DNA of 64,000 bases, taken from NCBI GenBank assembly GCA_951406725.2, contig OX597825.1:84940001-85004000 (forward strand), in the 5' to 3' direction. Positions 57,771 to 64,000 of the stretch are shown here, in pieces. A program made the translations under genes and the position numbers. Position 1 is the first letter of the stretch. The number at the start of each line of letters is the position of its first letter. This stretch comes from Octopus vulgaris. Taxonomy: Eukaryota. Under the pieces are notes generated by a model that saw only the letters and a program-made list of their open reading frames with translations, ran no database searches and had not been told where the DNA came from.

Positions 57771-58924
57771 CGAAGCCAACAAATCATTGTAATTTAAACT
57801 TGCTCACTGTCTATGGTTAATATACCAGGCGTCTCCTTGAGTGAGGTACTTAAGTCTTGGTTTACGATAACATCATTAACTTAAGAAATACCTAAGACAC
57901 TGGGTGCATAGAGCAGCAGCAACGGTGGTGGCGGTAGCAGTGCTATGAGCAATAGCAGGTTATTTGAGTATCGATTGAGTAAGTGATCCTATTGAAGTTT
58001 CTAATTGGCCTCGGTTTCCACTTCTGTGTGTCTGTGTGTCCGTGCGTGCATGTGTGTATGTATGTGTGTGTGAGCGTGTCCTGTATTGTTATTCTGCTTG
58101 TAAGAGTCGTTAATGTCCAAATTCTCAATTATCCTAATATTTCATATAATCCACACATTTCCTGGTTAATTAAGCAATCATTATAAAAACTACAGTTAAT
58201 TTGAAGATTGTAATCTAATTCTATTGAATTAGTGGACTCAATCTAATTAGAAAGAGTAAGTAAATATTCATTAAAAAGAATCACTTCAGGAAATCTTGAA
58301 AATAAGGTAATTATTGGGGGAAAAACAAGGAAAATGTTTGTAAAGTTAAGATAATAATAGAGAACGAAATTTCTCAAACCGCCTTTTATTTGTGATATCG
58401 ACTGATATAGAACTCAATATCGGAGGCAAAAGATAACAAAATGATGAGAATGTTGATAGAGATGACAGGAAAGGTTTTGCTACGAAAAATATCTTGTCAA
58501 AAGAAAATTTGGAGAGTTAATTACGAAAGACTCGTAAAAAGTTAAAATATGCTAGATTAATTAATTAGTTAATAATACTAAATGTTGTGAAATGTCATGG
58601 GAAGTGTAATATATTCTATAACAATTTAATATCATTCATTTACGATGATGCAGCAAAAGAATTCTATTAGAATTTTGTTACTGTATGACGTCATATGGTG
58701 AGTAAGTAATTTAGTTCCTGGAATTTACATTTCTAAATTAAAAGAGTTGATTCAATGCAACTATAACATCTTTGTTTCTAATTAAATTTTTAATGTTCCC
58801 TGCATTTAAAATGGTAACACGGATTGAACTATTAACTTTAATGAAGATATCGATCGTTAAATACGTGATTTTTAAACAAATATTTTCTTCCTTGTCGATG
58901 ATATTAAACATTTTGCTGAGGGAT

Positions 58925-59450
58925 TTCAAATCGCTTCTCCTCTTTGCAACCATGTGAGTGTGAGTTCAGTCCTATTGCGAGGAATTTTGGTCAAATGGTT
59001 ACTAATATATCCCCGGGTCAATCAATGTCTTGTAAATGAATTCCATTGACAGAAATGACGGAGAAACACATCGATTACACAACACATACACACACACATA
59101 TACATATATATATACATAGAGGGAGAGAGATATAGAAATAGGTAGATAGATAGACAGACAGAAAAACAGACAGATAGAGAGATAGACAGACAAACAGACA
59201 GGCTGATAGATATAAGATAGACACACAGACAGACATATATATATAGAGAGAAATATGTGTGCGTGTGTTTGTACATTCCACTGTTGTTTCGTTTACGTCC
59301 CTGGAACTTAGCGGTTCAACAATAGAACTAAAAAAGAACCATATTTTAGAAACTCGAGGAGTGAGCTTGAAGAGTTCGAGTAAACCTACAAGATGTTGCT
59401 ACAGCATGACCGCAATCCAATGGCGGAAGCATCTAGATGAATAAGAGAAT
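58925..59450 (+). mobile_element. SINE family A copy (degenerate)
   Basis: gagttcagtcc..gacggagaaac..gtttacgtccc.ggaacttagcggttc..cagcatgaccgca. Confidence 0.6.
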
Positions 59451-59599
59451 AATGCAATGTAGGGTTTGCTTTTTTTGTGGAGGTCATTCTAACAGAGGGT
59501 TGCCTTCTGTGTCTGCCATAGAACGGAAATGGAATTTGTTAATTAAGCATGTTTAATCCTCCCTGGATTAGAATCTGTTCTTATCTTGTGTATTAGTAA

Positions 59600-60240
59600 G
59601 CATTTTAATAATCGGCGAAAGACCTAGAATTCTGGTGTACAGAGTAAGTCCATTACATCGACCCCAGTACTCGACTGGTACCTAATGTATCGACCCCAAA
59701 TGGATGAAAGGTAAAACCGACCTCGTGGAAATTCTACTCAGAACGTAAAGACGGAAAAACTATCGCTAAGCATTTCCCTCGACACCATAACGATCCTGTA
59801 AGCACGCCGCCTTCCCTGATATGTTATTAATAGTTCTAGATATTGGCGCATGCCCAGAAATTTCGGAGGAGAGGTAAAGTCGCGATTACATTAACCCTAG
59901 TATTCAGCTGGTACTTATTTTATCGTCGCTGAAAAGATGAAAGTCAAAGTCGACCTCTGCGACATGTGAACACAAAACGTACAGAACAAAATACCGAAAA
60001 GCCTTTTGCCCGACAATTCTGCCAGCTTTTCGCTTTACTTATATATTAATATATTCGCCCTTGGAAGTATTGAACTCAGACCATAAAGAGTTCGAGGAAA
60101 TACACTCTAGGCACAATTTTGAGGGAAGGAACCAGTCGATTAGATCGACCTCAGTACGCAACTGGTACTTAATTGATCGACCCAGAAAGGATGAAAGGCA
60201 AAGTCGAACTCGGCGGAATTTGAACTCAGAACGTAAGAGA
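59600..60240 (-). mobile_element. Three consecutive SINE family B copies
   Basis: The motif ctggtac.ta..t.atcg..aggatgaaagg.aaa..cgacctc occurs at about 59675, 59908 and 60162. Further copies lie near 61440-61575 and 63590-63745. Confidence 0.75.
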
Positions 60241-63200
60241 AATAGGATTTATAATGAATTAAAAAATGTAGCTAATGACAACGCGGGGCCGTTGAAGCAG
60301 GAGATATTTTGTGAAGCCATAGCATTAAGTAATTACACAAATAAATAGTTTATGTGCGACAATCCGAGATTAGGAGAAAATTAGAAAGGAACAAACGTTA
60401 GGAAAAAGAAAAAAATATATACAACAATATCGTTTTCGTTTTTATCTAAAAATATTTCTTCGTTCGAAGCGACAATAATTCTTATATTAGAGAAAATACG
60501 AGAAAAAAAACTCGCAACAAACTGATATTTAATTTGTTTTTAGTAATGCAAGAAGCGTAGTTCGCGATTCAAATTGTAGTTGCCACATAAAATTATATTG
60601 AACAGAAATCCCTACATTATCGTGATGCGTTAAATGTTATGGATGTTTAAAGAGACGCCATTAAAGGATCGGCGTTTAAAAGGGGATAACAAAATATCGT
60701 TAAACATTGCGTGGCACATTAATGCTGAGCCTTAACGCCGTCTCCACTCTCAACAATTAGAGAAAAAAAACTATGTAATCACGGACATCGCAGATTCCCT
60801 TATCAGATGCTACCGCATTTTTGCACGTGGGCCACCGGGATTTAACTAATATTTTTAGCAATAAAAAAAAACACCGATCAGTCGTCGTTGGTGAGGTTAC
60901 GTCTTTAAGTGGCGATTTTTCATAATTGTAAGAATTCAGTAATATAGACAATAGGAAGGCCCTCGTCTAAGGAAACAGAATCTTAAACAAGTTTTTCAAA
61001 ATATCGTATTAACATACATACATACATATATACGTACATACATGCATATTTACTTTATTGAAAAGCAGCAAAAATATCACAATATATTGCTGCTTTTCAA
61101 TAAAGCATATTACTCAACACACATACATAACCACGTGCACATTTAATCATGCATCTCGTGTGTTCATGTGAGTAAGAGTGTACGTGTGTATTTCATGGTG
61201 TGTGCTGTGTGTATACGTATTTGTGCCTCGATTTTAGACCGGCTTAAGACATATACAGAGTCTAAAACGTAAAAAACATTTATTTTACAAAGTCACTTGA
61301 GATATTTGTTCTGCATCGTAAAAGACGTCCCTACTCGAATCTCCCAGCTACAATGCGGTAAAAAAAAAATCGCAACGCGCGTTTAAGAGCTCTTATGCGT
61401 TTGTTTCGTTGCATGTTATTTTATCTTGGGGTATCTCCGGGTTAATTTAGAGACCCCGAAAGGATGAAGGGGAAGTGAACCACGGGAGGATTTGAAATCA
61501 GTGTTAAAGGCCGAACGAAATGCTGCTAAGGACTTTGACCAGCGTCCTCACTATTCCGCCAGCTCACCGCCTTCATAGGTCCACAACGTATTTTTAATTA
61601 TACTTTAACTGGATGTCTTCAACATGTTTACAATTATACACAAAATGTCAACAATCACAAGCGCAGCAATCGCCCATAAAACTTAAGGACATTGAAATAG
61701 CAATAATAGGTCCGTTTAGATGTATACAAGACAATATCAGTGTCTTCACACGACAATAAATACTCGATAAAACCGTGTTCCTTGACCGTCAATTATAGCT
61801 GTTGGGTATTATAAATAATTCAGTTAGATAAACCTTTTTCATGTGAATGCCTCCACAGAATACAATTAAATATCGTCAAACATAACATTTTCACTTGGCT
61901 AAGGAAGGTAAAGGAAATGGCTACCGAAACAGGATTTTATCGCTGTCAGCACAATCGGGCTAAAATATCTCTGTGCGCTAAATAATACACAAACAAATGC
62001 ATACACGCAAACAGGTAGATAGATAAATAGATAAATAGATAGATTATGTGCATGTATGTGTGTGTGTGTATGTATATATATATATACGAATATAATATAT
62101 ATTTTAATATATATATATTGATATATATACATGTGTATGTATATGTGTGTTAATATATATATATATGTATATATATATATGTATATATATGTATCATTGT
62201 TAAAGAGGACAACAAACGTTAAGGCAAGGCAAGCATCTCAAGTCATATACATTATAAATATTATTATTGGAAACAAATTCAGTCTTACGGCTGTTTCTGA
62301 GATATCCCAGAGTATGGGATATTCTATCATCGGTGATAAATAGAGAAAATGAGAAAGGTATAGATTATTGAAACAATGACATAGAGCACAGCATTGAAGG
62401 AATAAACAGATGCACAAAGGGAAGAAAAAAGAAGCATAAAAGTTCACAGTTGAACTTTCCGATCTTGTAGAAATAAGTTCAGAAGTCCTTAGGTACAATC
62501 CTGCATAAATCCATGTGGGTTAAATTCCAGATAGTGTAAAGATGATAGTGTAATCAATTACAGCATTTACGTAGCGTACTTAGTCGTTTAGATCACCTGT
62601 GAACTAAACCTGATATTTTGTATGTATATATATGGGGAGAGTTTACGAAAAAAAAAACGAGAAAAGACGAAGACTATATATATATACACATACATGCATA
62701 CACACACAGGTATGTATATTTTAACGTTGCATTGAGGTAGGATCTGCAGATAACTTATTCTATCCATGAGAGGCAAATATTATTTAATATCCACAGTATT
62801 TAAAATAAAAGCTAATGATATTTCCTCCCGTAGGGACACTTTACGCAGATTTATATAATGTCTTTTGTGTCCCCAAGAAATCTCCAGTGTCACATCACAT
62901 GGTTAATTTTGTTTGAAAACGAGGACTGGTATATGAGAAAAAAGTCGAGAAAAAAGCGGGACGATTGACGCAAAAAAGTGGAATGAGAAGACAACCTTTG
63001 AATAAAACGGAAAAAGAAAGTAGAGAAAAGAAAATTGAGGGTTACATCGTTTGGGTTGCAGACACCTTAATTAATGTGGCTGGGGTAGAATAATAAGCGG
63101 CCTGCACACGGGAGAGACCTGCGTCGGAGAGCTCCGAGTTTTGACCGACCCCTCTTGTGTGTCCCGCCCCTGGCACTAGGTTGATTATAGTAGAATAGCA

Positions 63201-64000
63201 CCGCTGAATTATTCTACATTAGCTTAGATTAATTATGATATCTATTATCAAACGGGTGGATTCGTTTGACTAAATCGCTTGAAGACGGTGCTCCAGTATG
63301 GCCACACACCAATGAAATAAGTAAAAGAAAAGATTGGGTTAACAGATTGTAAACGGCTGTAGATAGACGCAAGTGTGTTGGATGTGCAAAAGGGTTCTGC
63401 AATAGCAGAATAGTTGAGGTCTTAAAGAAAATGTATTATTCCGTTTAATTACGATGGTATGATGCTTTGTGATCAGATTTTGAATCGCACCAAATTTAAC
63501 TTTCATCTCTTGAGATCGATAAAGTTAAGTTCCAATAAAAACCCGAATACAATCAATCGACTAAACATATTTTTCAAAGTGTTATAACAATCTCTAAAGT
63601 TAGAAATAATTGTTTTATTTCCTAAAAGCAGACATACGAGTAGAAAATGTTTGAGCGGGGTTAATCGATTAAATTGACCCCTGTTTTTGACTTGTACTTT
63701 CTTTATCGACCTCCGGAAAGATGGAAGGTAAAGTTGTACTCGGAGAGAAATAGAAATCATAATTATAGTTGTTTTTACGTAGTTACTAACTATGTATATC
63801 ATTAATAATTAGATAAAAAGTAGATTAATATTTCTGCTATTTTGTCTCCAAACGTCACATTTTAACAGAGAATGTGTCAAGTTTTGCTTTCATCTTCTTG
63901 AAATCGATCAAATAAGCAGCACTTGTCTATATTCGTTCAATTCAATCGACAAATATGTCCACTTATGAATACATAAGTTGATGCCAGATTTAGAAATTGT

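Noticed and set aside
63095-63180. GC-rich patch with a cccgcccc box as a promoter
   Set aside because: A single motif with no supporting TSS or exon evidence.

Overview
AT-rich, microsatellite-saturated eukaryotic DNA. The repeat repertoire resembles a coleoid cephalopod (Octopus-type) genome; the species is inferred, not shown. The only host gene I can support is a minus-strand nicotinic acetylcholine receptor alpha-type subunit. Four internal exons were found with canonical GT-AG sites and matching phases: 45013-45179, 30359-30403, 26067-26176 and 24721-25256 (858 nt, ligand-binding domain through TM2). The signal-peptide exon and the TM3/TM4 exon(s) were not identified, so most of the window is probably intron. 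The introns hold several tRNA-derived SINE families, two near-identical inverted non-autonomous Helitrons, mariner, Tigger-like, Gypsy, Penelope-like and R4/Dong-like remnants, foldback hairpins and many simple repeats. Almost all ORFs in the track are microsatellite artefacts. The most interesting signal is a set of minimal type I hammerhead-ribozyme motifs in three different small repeat families, all antisense to the gene. One lies in the tail of a tRNA-headed SINE-like element, a possible Penelope-mobilised ribozyme SINE.
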